DNA of 64,000 bases. Source: Auanema rhodensis (lineage: Eukaryota > Animalia > Nematoda). The translations under genes were made by a program, and so were the position numbers. Where the stretch lies: contig OZ059900.1 in NCBI GenBank assembly GCA_964057225.1, positions 7,874,001 through 7,938,000 of the forward strand, given 5' to 3'. The notes under the pieces were generated by a model. That model did no database searches and had not been told where the DNA came from. It worked only from the letters and a program-made list of their open reading frames with translations. This document shows, in pieces, positions 43,301 to 58,019 of the stretch (positions within the stretch are counted from its first letter, which is position 1; each line of letters begins with the position of its first letter).

Positions 43301-45848
43301 AATATCAAAACTGATTGAAATATGGGCCTTTTTATGCTCAAAACGCCATATATTCAACGATTTTGGGTACAAAACATGTGAAAACTGTATGTTTTGATCA
43401 GACCCTTTGAGATATGGATTTAAAATTCAGGATTCATAAAATTCGACTATTTTTACATATATATGTCCAATTTTAACCACTTTGGTCAAAAAGGACCGAA
43501 AATATCAAGAATTATTGGTTTTTTGGGGTTTGAAGGGCATTTTGGCAAAATCAGTCAAACTTTTGATCTTAAGCATATTTTTTTCTTCTAAAACGACTAA
43601 ATGTATGAAATACTGTCATAGAATGTTCATATAGGTGTATTTTGCACGAATATCAAAACTGATTGAAATATGGGCCTTTTTATGTTCAAAACGCCATATA
43701 TTCAACGATTTTGGGTACAAAACATGTGAAAACTGTATGTTTTGATCAGACCCTTTGAGATATGGATTTGAAATTCAGGATTCATAAACTTTGACTATTT
43801 TTACATATATATGTCCAATTTTAACCACTTTGGTCGAAAAGGACCGAAAATATCAAGAATTATTGGTTTTTTGGGGATTGAAGGGCATTTTGGCAAAATC
43901 AGTCAAACTTTTGATCTTAAGCATATTTTTTTCTTCTAAAACGACTAAATGTATGAAATACTGTCATAGAATGTTCATATAGGTGTATTTTGCACGAATA
44001 TCAAAACTGATTGAAATATGGGCCTTTTTATGCTCAAAACGCCATATATTCAACGATTTTGGGTACAAAACATGTGAAAACTGTATGTTTTGATCAGACC
44101 CTTTGAGATATGGATTTGAAATTCAGGATTCATAAACTTTGACTATTTTTACATATATATGTCCAATTTTAACCACTTTGGTCGAAAAGGACCGAAAATA
44201 TCAAGAATTATTGGTTTTTTGGGGATTGAAGGGCATTTTGGCAAAATCAGTCAAACTTTTGATCTTAAGCATATTTTTTTCTTCTAAAACGACTGAATGT
44301 ATGAAATACTGTCAAAGAATGTTCATATAGGTGTATTTTGCACGAATATCAAAACTGATTGAAATATGGGCCTTTTTATGCTCAAAACGCCATATATTCA
44401 ACGATTTTGGGTACAAAACATGTGAAAACTGTATGTTTTGATCAGACCCTTTGAGATATGGATTTGAAATTCAGGATTCATAAACTTTGACTATTTTCAC
44501 ATATATTAGTCCAATTTTAACCACTTTGGTCAAAAAGGACCGAAAATATCAAGAATTATTGGTTTTTTGGGGTTTGAAGGGCATTTTGGCAAAATCAGTC
44601 AAACTTTTGATCTTAAGCATATTTTTTTCTTCTAAAACGACTAAATGTATGAAATACTGTCATAGAATGTTCATATAGGTGTATTTTGCACGAATATCAA
44701 AACTGATTGAAATATGGGCCTTTTTATGCTCAAAACGCCATATATTCAACGATTTTGGGTACAAAACATGTGAAAACTGTATGTTTTGATCAGACCCTTT
44801 GAGATATGGATTTGAAATTCAGGATTCATAAACTTCGACTATTTCTACATATATATGTCCAATTTTAACCACTTTGGTCAAAAAGGACCGAAAATATCAA
44901 GAATTATTGGTTTTTTGGGGTTTGAAGGGCATTTTGGCAAAATCAGTCAAACTTTTGATCTTAAGCATATTTTTTTCTTCTAAAACGACTAAATGTATGA
45001 AATACTGTCAAAGAATGTTCATATAGGTGTATTTTGCACGAATATCAAAACTGATTGAAATATGGGCCTTTTTATGCTCAAAACGCCATATATTCAACGA
45101 TTTTGGGTACAAAACATGTGAAAACTGTATGTTTTGATCAGACCCTTTGAGATATGGATTTAAAATTCAGGATTCATAAAATTCAACTATTTTTACATAT
45201 ATATGTCCAATTTTAACCACTTTGGTCAAAAAGGACCGAAAATATCAAGAATTATTGGTTTTTTGGGGTTTGAAGGGCATTTTGGCAAAATCAGTCAAAC
45301 TTTTGATCTTAAGCATATTTTTTTCTTCTAAAACGACTAAATGTATGAAATACTGTCATAGAATGTTCATATAGGTGTATTTTGCACGAATATCAAAACT
45401 GATTGAAATATGGGCCTTTTTATGTTCAAAACGCCATATATTCAACGATTTTGGGTACAAAACATGTGAAAACTGTATGTTTTGATCAGACCCTTTGAGA
45501 TATGGATTTGAAATTCAGGATTCATAAACTTTGACTATTTTTACATATATATGTCCAATTTTAACCACTTTGGTCGAAAAGGACCGAAAATATCAAGAAT
45601 TATTGGTTTTTTGGGGATTGAAGGGCATTTTGGCAAAATCAGTCAAACTTTTGATCTTAAGCATATTTTTTTCTTCTAAAACGACTAAATGTATGAAATA
45701 CTGTCATAGAATGTTCATATAGGTGTATTTTGCACGAATATCAAAACTGATTGAAATATGGGCCTTTTTATGCTCAAAACGCCATATATTCAACGATTTT
45801 GGGTACAAAACATGTGAAAACTGTATGTTTTGATCAGACCCTTTGAGA

Positions 45849-47936
45849 TATGGATTTGAAATTCAGGATTCATAAACTTTGACTATTTTCACATATATTA
45901 GTCCAATTTTAACCACTTTGGTCAAAAAGGACCGAAAATATCAAGAATTATTGGTTTTTTGGGGTTTGAAGGGCATTTTGGCAAAATCAGTCAAACTTTT
46001 GATCTTAAGCATATTTTTTTCTTCTAAAACGACTAAATGTATGAAATACTGTCATAGAATGTTCATATAGGTGTATTTTGCACGAATATCAAAACTGATT
46101 GAAATATGGGCCTTTTTATGCTCAAAACGCCATATATTCAACGATTTTGGGTACAAAACATGTGAAAACTGTATGTTTTGATCAGACCCTTTGAGATATG
46201 GATTTGAAATTCAGGATTCATAAACTTCGACTATTTCTACATATATATGTCCAATTTTAACCACTTTGGTCAAAAAGGACCGAAAATATCAAGAATTATT
46301 GGTTTTTTGGGGTTTGAAGGGCATTTTGGCAAAATCAGTCAAACTTTTGATCTTAAGCATATTTTTTTCTTCTAAAACGACTAAATGTATGAAATACTGT
46401 CAAAGAATGTTCATATAGGTGTATTTTGCACGAATATCAAAACTGATTGAAATATGGGCCTTTTTATGCTCAAAACGCCATATATTCAACGATTTTGGGT
46501 ACAAAACATGTGAAAACTGTATGTTTTGATCAGACCCTTTGAGATATGGATTTAAAATTCAGGATTCATAAAATTCAACTATTTTTACATATATATGTCC
46601 AATTTTAACCACTTTGGTCAAAAAGGACCGAAAATATCAAGAATTATTGGTTTTTTGGGGTTTGAAGGGCATTTTGGCAAAATCAGTCAAACTTTTGATC
46701 TTAAGCATATTTTTTTCTTCTAAAACGACTAAATGTATGAAATACTGTCATAGAATGTTCATATAGGTGTATTTTGCACGAATATCAAAACTGATTGAAA
46801 TATGGGCCTTTTTATGCTCAAAACGCCATATATTCAACGATTTTGGGTACAAAACATGTGAAAACTGTATGTTTTGATCAGACCCTTTGAGATATGGATT
46901 TAAAATTCAGGATTCAAAAAATTTGACTATTTTTACATATATATGTCCAATTTTAACCACTTTGGTCAAAAAGGACCGAAAATATCAAGAATTATTGGTT
47001 TTTTGGGGTTTGAAGGGCATTTTGGCAAAATCAGTCAAACTTTTGATCTTAAGCATATTTTTTTCTTCTAAAACGACTAAATGTATGAAATACTGTCAAA
47101 GAATGTTCATATAGGTGTATTTTGCACGAATATCAAAACTGATTGAAATATGGGCCTTTTTATGCTCAAAACGCCATATATTCAACGATTTTGGGTACAA
47201 AACATGTGAAAACTGTATGTTTTGATCAGACCCTTTGAGATATGGATTTAAAATTCAGGATTCATAAAATTCGACTATTTTTACATATATATGTCCAATT
47301 TTAACCACTTTGGTCAAAAAGGACCGAAAATATCAAGAATTATTGGTTTTTTGGGGTTTGAAGGGCATTTTGGCAAAATCAGTCAAACTTTTGATCTTAA
47401 GCATATTTTTTTCTTCTAAAACGACTAAATGTATGAAATACTGTCATAGAATGTTCATATAGGTGTATTTTGCACGAATATCAAAACTGATTGAAATATG
47501 GGCCTTTTTATGTTCAAAACGCCATATATTCAACGATTTTGGGTACAAAACATGTGAAAACTGTATGTTTTGATCAGACCCTTTGAGATATGGATTTGAA
47601 ATTCAGGATTCATAAACTTTGACTATTTTTACATATATATGTCCAATTTTAACCACTTTGGTCGAAAAGGACCGAAAATATCAAGAATTATTGGTTTTTT
47701 GGGGATTGAAGGGCATTTTGGCAAAATCAGTCAAACTTTTGATCTTAAGCATATTTTTTTCTTCTAAAACGACTAAATGTATGAAATACTGTCATAGAAT
47801 GTTCATATAGGTGTATTTTGCACGAATATCAAAACTGATTGAAATATGGGCCTTTTTATGCTCAAAACGCCATATATTCAACGATTTTGGGTACAAAACA
47901 TGTGAAAACTGTATGTTTTGATCAGACCCTTTGAGA
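45849..47936. repeat. Single copy of the second 6-monomer unit (same order as 50025-54200)
   Basis: The order is ATATTAGT monomer (45879), C', TTCAAC monomer, TTCAAAAAATTT monomer (46887), A with ATGTTC, then GTCGAA/GGGATTG monomer (47619). It lies 4176 bp upstream of the tandem pair. Confidence 0.85.
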
Positions 47937-50024
47937 TATGGATTTGAAATTCAGGATTCATAAACTTTGACTATTTTTACATATATATGTCCAATTTTAA
48001 CCACTTTGGTCAAAAAGGACCGAAAATATCAAGAATTATTGGTTTTTTGGGGTTTGAAGGGCATTTTGGCTAAATCAGTCAAACTTTTGATCTTAAGCAT
48101 ATTTTTTTCTTCTAAAACGACTAAATGTATGAAATACTGTCAAAGAATGTTCATATAGGTGTATTTTGCACGAATATCAAAACTGATTGAAATATGGGCC
48201 TTTTTATGCTCAAAACGCCATATATTCAACGATTTTGGGTACAAAACATGTGAAAACTGTATGTTTTGATCAGACCCTTTGAGATATGGATTTGAAATTC
48301 AGGATTCATAAACTTTGACTATTTTTACATATATATGTCCAATTTTAACCACTTTGGTCGAAAAGGACCGAAAATATCAAGAATTATTGGTTTTTTGGGG
48401 ATTGAAGGGCATTTTGGCAAAATCAGTCAAACTTTTGATCTTAAGCATATTTTTTTCTTCTAAAACGACTAAATGTATGAAATACTGTCATAGAATGTTC
48501 ATATAGGTGTATTTTGCACGAATATCAAAACTGATTGAAATATGGGCCTTTTTATGCTCAAAACGCCATATATTCAACGATTTTGGGTACAAAACATGTG
48601 AAAACTGTATGTTTTGATCAGACCCTTTGAGATATGGATTTGAAATTCAGGATTCATAAACTTTGACTATTTTTACATATATATGTCCAATTTTAACCAC
48701 TTTGGTCAAAAAGGACCGAAAATATCAAGAATTATTGGTTTTTTGGGGTTTGAAGGGCATTTTGGCTAAATCAGTCAAACTTTTGATCTTAAGCATATTT
48801 TTTTCTTCTAAAACGACTAAATGTATGAAATACTGTCAAAGAATGTTCATATAGGTGTATTTTGCACGAATATCAAAACTGATTGAAATATGGGCCTTTT
48901 TATGCTCAAAACGCCATATATTCAACGATTTTGGGTACAAAACATGTGAAAACTGTATGTTTTGATCAGACCCTTTGAGATATGGATTTAAAATTCAGGA
49001 TTCATAAAATTCGACTATTTTTACATATATATGTCCAATTTTAACCACTTTGGTCAAAAAGGACCGAAAATATCAAGAATTATTGGTTTTTTGGGGTTTG
49101 AAGGGCATTTTGGCAAAATCAGTCAAACTTTTGATCTTAAGCATATTTTTTTCTTCTAAAACGACTAAATGTATGAAATACTGTCATAGAATGTTCATAT
49201 AGGTGTATTTTGCACGAATATCAAAACTGATTGAAATATGGGCCTTTTTATGTTCAAAACGCCATATATTCAACGATTTTGGGTACAAAACATGTGAAAA
49301 CTGTATGTTTTGATCAGACCCTTTGAGATATGGATTTGAAATTCAGGATTCATAAACTTTGACTATTTTTACATATATATGTCCAATTTTAACCACTTTG
49401 GTCGAAAAGGACCGAAAATATCAAGAATTATTGGTTTTTTGGGGATTGAAGGGCATTTTGGCAAAATCAGTCAAACTTTTGATCTTAAGCATATTTTTTT
49501 CTTCTAAAACGACTAAATGTATGAAATACTGTCATAGAATGTTCATATAGGTGTATTTTGCACGAATATCAAAACTGATTGAAATATGGGCCTTTTTATG
49601 CTCAAAACGCCATATATTCAACGATTTTGGGTACAAAACATGTGAAAACTGTATGTTTTGATCAGACCCTTTGAGATATGGATTTGAAATTCAGGATTCA
49701 TAAACTTTGACTATTTTTACATATATATGTCCAATTTTAACCACTTTGGTCGAAAAGGACCGAAAATATCAAGAATTATTGGTTTTTTGGGGATTGAAGG
49801 GCATTTTGGCAAAATCAGTCAAACTTTTGATCTTAAGCATATTTTTTTCTTCTAAAACGACTGAATGTATGAAATACTGTCAAAGAATGTTCATATAGGT
49901 GTATTTTGCACGAATATCAAAACTGATTGAAATATGGGCCTTTTTATGCTCAAAACGCCATATATTCAACGATTTTGGGTACAAAACATGTGAAAACTGT
50001 ATGTTTTGATCAGACCCTTTGAGA

Positions 50025-53000
50025 TATGGATTTGAAATTCAGGATTCATAAACTTTGACTATTTTCACATATATTAGTCCAATTTTAACCACTTTGGTCA
50101 AAAAGGACCGAAAATATCAAGAATTATTGGTTTTTTGGGGTTTGAAGGGCATTTTGGCAAAATCAGTCAAACTTTTGATCTTAAGCATATTTTTTTCTTC
50201 TAAAACGACTAAATGTATGAAATACTGTCATAGAATGTTCATATAGGTGTATTTTGCACGAATATCAAAACTGATTGAAATATGGGCCTTTTTATGCTCA
50301 AAACGCCATATATTCAACGATTTTGGGTACAAAACATGTGAAAACTGTATGTTTTGATCAGACCCTTTGAGATATGGATTTGAAATTCAGGATTCATAAA
50401 CTTCGACTATTTCTACATATATATGTCCAATTTTAACCACTTTGGTCAAAAAGGACCGAAAATATCAAGAATTATTGGTTTTTTGGGGTTTGAAGGGCAT
50501 TTTGGCAAAATCAGTCAAACTTTTGATCTTAAGCATATTTTTTTCTTCTAAAACGACTAAATGTATGAAATACTGTCAAAGAATGTTCATATAGGTGTAT
50601 TTTGCACGAATATCAAAACTGATTGAAATATGGGCCTTTTTATGCTCAAAACGCCATATATTCAACGATTTTGGGTACAAAACATGTGAAAACTGTATGT
50701 TTTGATCAGACCCTTTGAGATATGGATTTAAAATTCAGGATTCATAAAATTCAACTATTTTTACATATATATGTCCAATTTTAACCACTTTGGTCAAAAA
50801 GGACCGAAAATATCAAGAATTATTGGTTTTTTGGGGTTTGAAGGGCATTTTGGCAAAATCAGTCAAACTTTTGATCTTAAGCATATTTTTTTCTTCTAAA
50901 ACGACTAAATGTATGAAATACTGTCATAGAATGTTCATATAGGTGTATTTTGCACGAATATCAAAACTGATTGAAATATGGGCCTTTTTATGCTCAAAAC
51001 GCCATATATTCAACGATTTTGGGTACAAAACATGTGAAAACTGTATGTTTTGATCAGACCCTTTGAGATATGGATTTAAAATTCAGGATTCAAAAAATTT
51101 GACTATTTTTACATATATATGTCCAATTTTAACCACTTTGGTCAAAAAGGACCGAAAATATCAAGAATTATTGGTTTTTTGGGGTTTGAAGGGCATTTTG
51201 GCAAAATCAGTCAAACTTTTGATCTTAAGCATATTTTTTTCTTCTAAAACGACTAAATGTATGAAATACTGTCAAAGAATGTTCATATAGGTGTATTTTG
51301 CACGAATATCAAAACTGATTGAAATATGGGCCTTTTTATGCTCAAAACGCCATATATTCAACGATTTTGGGTACAAAACATGTGAAAACTGTATGTTTTG
51401 ATCAGACCCTTTGAGATATGGATTTAAAATTCAGGATTCATAAAATTCGACTATTTTTACATATATATGTCCAATTTTAACCACTTTGGTCGAAAAGGAC
51501 CGAAAATATCAAGAATTATTGGTTTTTTGGGGTTTGAAGGGCATTTTGGCAAAATCAGTCAAACTTTTGATCTTAAGCATATTTTTTTCTTCTAAAACGA
51601 CTAAATGTATGAAATACTGTCATAGAATGTTCATATAGGTGTATTTTGCACGAATATCAAAACTGATTGAAATATGGGCCTTTTTATGTTCAAAACGCCA
51701 TATATTCAACGATTTTGGGTACAAAACATGTGAAAACTGTATGTTTTGATCAGACCCTTTGAGATATGGATTTGAAATTCAGGATTCATAAACTTTGACT
51801 ATTTTTACATATATATGTCCAATTTTAACCACTTTGGTCGAAAAGGACCGAAAATATCAAGAATTATTGGTTTTTTGGGGATTGAAGGGCATTTTGGCAA
51901 AATCAGTCAAACTTTTGATCTTAAGCATATTTTTTTCTTCTAAAACGACTAAATGTATGAAATACTGTCATAGAATGTTCATATAGGTGTATTTTGCACG
52001 AATATCAAAACTGATTGAAATATGGGCCTTTTTATGCTCAAAACGCCATATATTCAACGATTTTGGGTACAAAACATGTGAAAACTGTATGTTTTGATCA
52101 GACCCTTTGAGATATGGATTTGAAATTCAGGATTCATAAACTTTGACTATTTTCACATATATTAGTCCAATTTTAACCACTTTGGTCAAAAAGGACCGAA
52201 AATATCAAGAATTATTGGTTTTTTGGGGTTTGAAGGGCATTTTGGCAAAATCAGTCAAACTTTTGATCTTAAGCATATTTTTTTCTTCTAAAACGACTAA
52301 ATGTATGAAATACTGTCATAGAATGTTCATATAGGTGTATTTTGCACGAATATCAAAACTGATTGAAATATGGGCCTTTTTATGCTCAAAACGCCATATA
52401 TTCAACGATTTTGGGTACAAAACATGTGAAAACTGTATGTTTTGATCAGACCCTTTGAGATATGGATTTGAAATTCAGGATTCATAAACTTCGACTATTT
52501 CTACATATATATGTCCAATTTTAACCACTTTGGTCAAAAAGGACCGAAAATATCAAGAATTATTGGTTTTTTGGGGTTTGAAGGGCATTTTGGCAAAATC
52601 AGTCAAACTTTTGATCTTAAGCATATTTTTTTCTTCTAAAACGACTAAATGTATGAAATACTGTCAAAGAATGTTCATATAGGTGTATTTTGCACGAATA
52701 TCAAAACTGATTGAAATATGGGCCTTTTTATGCTCAAAACGCCATATATTCAACGATTTTGGGTACAAAACATGTGAAAACTGTATGTTTTGATCAGACC
52801 CTTTGAGATATGGATTTAAAATTCAGGATTCATAAAATTCAACTATTTTTACATATATATGTCCAATTTTAACCACTTTGGTCAAAAAGGACCGAAAATA
52901 TCAAGAATTATTGGTTTTTTGGGGTTTGAAGGGCATTTTGGCAAAATCAGTCAAACTTTTGATCTTAAGCATATTTTTTTCTTCTAAAACGACTAAATGT

Positions 53001-54200
53001 ATGAAATACTGTCATAGAATGTTCATATAGGTGTATTTTGCACGAATATCAAAACTGATTGAAATATGGGCCTTTTTATGCTCAAAACGCCATATATTCA
53101 ACGATTTTGGGTACAAAACATGTGAAAACTGTATGTTTTGATCAGACCCTTTGAGATATGGATTTAAAATTCAGGATTCAAAAAATTTGACTATTTTTAC
53201 ATATATATGTCCAATTTTAACCACTTTGGTCAAAAAGGACCGAAAATATCAAGAATTATTGGTTTTTTGGGGTTTGAAGGGCATTTTGGCAAAATCAGTC
53301 AAACTTTTGATCTTAAGCATATTTTTTTCTTCTAAAACGACTAAATGTATGAAATACTGTCAAAGAATGTTCATATAGGTGTATTTTGCACGAATATCAA
53401 AACTGATTGAAATATGGGCCTTTTTATGCTCAAAACGCCATATATTCAACGATTTTGGGTACAAAACATGTGAAAACTGTATGTTTTGATCAGACCCTTT
53501 GAGATATGGATTTAAAATTCAGGATTCATAAAATTCGACTATTTTTACATATATATGTCCAATTTTAACCACTTTGGTCAAAAAGGACCGAAAATATCAA
53601 GAATTATTGGTTTTTTGGGGTTTGAAGGGCATTTTGGCAAAATCAGTCAAACTTTTGATCTTAAGCATATTTTTTTCTTCTAAAACGACTAAATGTATGA
53701 AATACTGTCATAGAATGTTCATATAGGTGTATTTTGCACGAATATCAAAACTGATTGAAATATGGGCCTTTTTATGTTCAAAACGCCATATATTCAACGA
53801 TTTTGGGTACAAAACATGTGAAAACTGTATGTTTTGATCAGACCCTTTGAGATATGGATTTGAAATTCAGGATTCATAAACTTTGACTATTTTTACATAT
53901 ATATGTCCAATTTTAACCACTTTGGTCGAAAAGGACCGAAAATATCAAGAATTATTGGTTTTTTGGGGATTGAAGGGCATTTTGGCAAAATCAGTCAAAC
54001 TTTTGATCTTAAGCATATTTTTTTCTTCTAAAACGACTAAATGTATGAAATACTGTCATAGAATGTTCATATAGGTGTATTTTGCACGAATATCAAAACT
54101 GATTGAAATATGGGCCTTTTTATGCTCAAAACGCCATATATTCAACGATTTTGGGTACAAAACATGTGAAAACTGTATGTTTTGATCAGACCCTTTGAGA
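50025..54200. repeat. Higher-order repeat: 2 tandem copies of a second, different 6-monomer (2088-bp) unit
   Basis: Diagnostic ORF variants repeat at exactly 2088 bp: 50055/52143, 51063/53151 and 51795/53883. Confidence 0.88.
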
Positions 54201-57200
54201 TATGGATTTGAAATTCAGGATTCATAAACTTTGACTATTTTTACATATATATGTCCAATTTTAACCACTTTGGTCAAAAAGGACCGAAAATATCAAGAAT
54301 TATTGGTTTTTTGGGGTTTGAAGGGCATTTTGGCTAAATCAGTCAAACTTTTGATCTTAAGCATATTTTTTTCTTCTAAAACGACTAAATGTATGAAATA
54401 CTGTCAAAGAATGTTCATATAGGTGTATTTTGCACGAATATCAAAACTGATTGAAATATGGGCCTTTTTATGCTCAAAACGCCATATATTCAACGATTTT
54501 GGGTACAAAACATGTGAAAACTGTATGTTTTGATCAGACCCTTTGAGATATGGATTTGAAATTCAGGATTCATAAACTTCGACTATTTCTACATATATAT
54601 GTCCAATTTTAACCACTTTGGTCAAAAAGGACCGAAAATATCAAGAATTATTGGTTTTTTGGGGTTTGAAGGGCATTTTGGCAAAATCAGTCAAACTTTT
54701 GATCTTAAGCATATTTTTTTCTTCTAAAACGACTAAATGTATGAAATACTGTCAAAGAATGTTCATATAGGTGTATTTTGCACGAATATCAAAACTGATT
54801 GAAATATGGGCCTTTTTATGCTCAAAACGCCATATATTCAACGATTTTGGGTACAAAACATGTGAAAACTGTATGTTTTGATCAGACCCTTTGAGATATG
54901 GATTTAAAATTCAGGATTCATAAAATTCAACTATTTTTACATATATATGTCCAATTTTAACCACTTTGGTCAAAAAGGACCGAAAATATCAAGAATTATT
55001 GGTTTTTTGGGGTTTGAAGGGCATTTTGGCAAAATCAGTCAAACTTTTGATCTTAAGCATATTTTTTTCTTCTAAAACGACTAAATGTATGAAATACTGT
55101 CATAGAATGTTCATATAGGTGTATTTTGCACGAATATCAAAACTGATTGAAATATGGGCCTTTTTATGCTCAAAACGCCATATATTCAACGATTTTGGGT
55201 ACAAAACATGTGAAAACTGTATGTTTTGATCAGACCCTTTGAGATATGGATTTAAAATTCAGGATTCATAAAATTTGACTATTTTCACATATATATGTCC
55301 AATTTTAACCACTTTGGTCAAAAAGGACCGAAAATATCAAGAATTATTGGTTTTTTGGGGTTTGAAGGGCATTTTGGCAAAATCAGTCAAACTTTTGATC
55401 TTAAGCATATTTTTTTCTTCTAAAACGACTAAATGTATGAAATACTGTCATAGAATGTTCATATAGGTGTATTTTGCACGAATATCAAAACTGATTGAAA
55501 TATGGGCCTTTTTATGCTCAAAACGCCATATATTCAACGATTTTGGGTACAAAACATGTGAAAACTGTATGTTTTGATCAGACCCTTTGAGATATGGATT
55601 TGAAATTCAGGATTCATAAACTTTGACTATGTTTACATATATATGTCCAATTTTAACCACTTTGGTCAAAAAGGACCGAAAATATCAAGAATTATTGGTT
55701 TTTTGGGGTTTGAAGGGCATTTTGGCTAAATCAGTCAAACTTTTGATCTTAAGCATATTTTTTTCTTCTAAAACGACTAAATGTATGAAATACTGTCAAA
55801 GAATGTTCATATAGGTGTATTTTGCACGAATATCAAAACTGATTGAAATATGGGCCTTTTTATGCTCAAAACGCCATATATTCAACGATTTTGGGTACAA
55901 AACATGTGAAAACTGTATGTTTTGATCAGACCCTTTGAGATATGGATTTAAAATTCAGGATTCATAAAATTCGACTATTTTTACATATATATGTCCAATT
56001 TTAACCACTTTGGTCAAAAAGGACCGAAAATATCAAGAATTATTGGTTTTTTGGGGTTTGAAGGGCATTTTGGCAAAATCAGTCAAACTTTTGATCTTAA
56101 GCATATTTTTTTCTTCTAAAACGACTAAATGTATGAAATACTGTCATAGAATGTTCATATAGGTGTATTTTGCACGAATATCAAAACTGATTGAAATATG
56201 GGCCTTTTTATGTTCAAAACGCCATATATTCAACGATTTTGGGTACAAAACATGTGAAAACTGTATGTTTTGATCAGACCCTTTGAGATATGGATTTGAA
56301 ATTCAGGATTCATAAACTTTGACTATTTTTACATATATATGTCCAATTTTAACCACTTTGGTCGAAAAGGACCGAAAATATCAAGAATTATTGGTTTTTT
56401 GGGGATTGAAGGGCATTTTGGCAAAATCAGTCAAACTTTTGATCTTAAGCATATTTTTTTCTTCTAAAACGACTAAATGTATGAAATACTGTCATAGAAT
56501 GTTCATATAGGTGTATTTTGCACGAATATCAAAACTGATTGAAATATGGGCCTTTTTATGCTCAAAACGCCATATATTCAACGATTTTGGGTACAAAACA
56601 TGTGAAAACTGTATGTTTTGATCAGACCCTTTGAGATATGGATTTGAAATTCAGGATTCATAAACTTTGACTATTTTTACATATATATGTCCAATTTTAA
56701 CCACTTTGGTCAAAAAGGACCGAAAATATCAAGAATTATTGGTTTTTTGGGGTTTGAAGGGCATTTTGGCTAAATCAGTCAAACTTTTGATCTTAAGCAT
56801 ATTTTTTTCTTCTAAAACGACTAAATGTATGAAATACTGTCAAAGAATGTTCATATAGGTGTATTTTGCACGAATATCAAAACTGATTGAAATATGGGCC
56901 TTTTTATGCTCAAAACGCCATATATTCAACGATTTTGGGTACAAAACATGTGAAAACTGTATGTTTTGATCAGACCCTTTGAGATATGGATTTAAAATTC
57001 AGGATTCATAAAATTCGACTATTTTTACATATATATGTCCAATTTTAACCACTTTGGTCAAAAAGGACCGAAAATATCAAGAATTATTGGTTTTTTGGGG
57101 TTTGAAGGGCATTTTGGCAAAATCAGTCAAACTTTTGATCTTAAGCATATTTTTTTCTTCTAAAACGACTAAATGTATGAAATACTGTCATAGAATGTTC

Positions 57201-58019
57201 ATATAGGTGTATTTTGCACGAATATCAAAACTGATTGAAATATGGGCCTTTTCATGTTCAAAACGCCATATATTCAACGATTTTGGGTACAAAACATGTG
57301 AAAACTGTATGTTTTGATCAGACCCTTTGAGATATGGATTTGAAATTCAGGATTCATAAACTTTGACTATTTTTACATATATATGTCCAATTTTAACCAC
57401 TTTGGTCAAAAAGGACCGAAAATATCAAGAATTATTGGTTTTTTGGGGTTTGAAGGGCATTTTGGCAAAATCAGTCAAACTTTTGATCTTAAGCATATTT
57501 TTTTCTTCTAAAACGACTAAATGTATGAAATACTGTCATAGAATGTTCATATAGGTGTATTTTGCACGAATATCAAAACTGATTGAAATATGGGCCTTTT
57601 CATGTTCAAAACGCCATATATTCAACGATTTTGGGTACAAAACATGTGAAAACTGTATGTTTTGATCAGACCCTTTGAGATATGGATTTGAAATTCAGGA
57701 TTCATAAACTTTGACTATTTTTACATATATATGTCCAATTTTAACCACTTTGGTCGAAAAGGACCGAAAATATCAAGAATTATTGGTTTTTTGGGGATTG
57801 AAGGGCATTTTGGCAAAATCAGTCAAACTTTTGATCTTAAGCATATTTTTTTCTTCTAAAACGACTAAATGTATGAAATACTGTCATAGAATGTTCATAT
57901 AGGTGTATTTTGCACGAATATCAAAACTGATTGAAATATGGGCCTTTTTATGTTCAAAACGCCATATATTCAACGATTTTGGGTACAAAACATGTGAAAA
58001 CTGTATGTTTTGATCAGAC

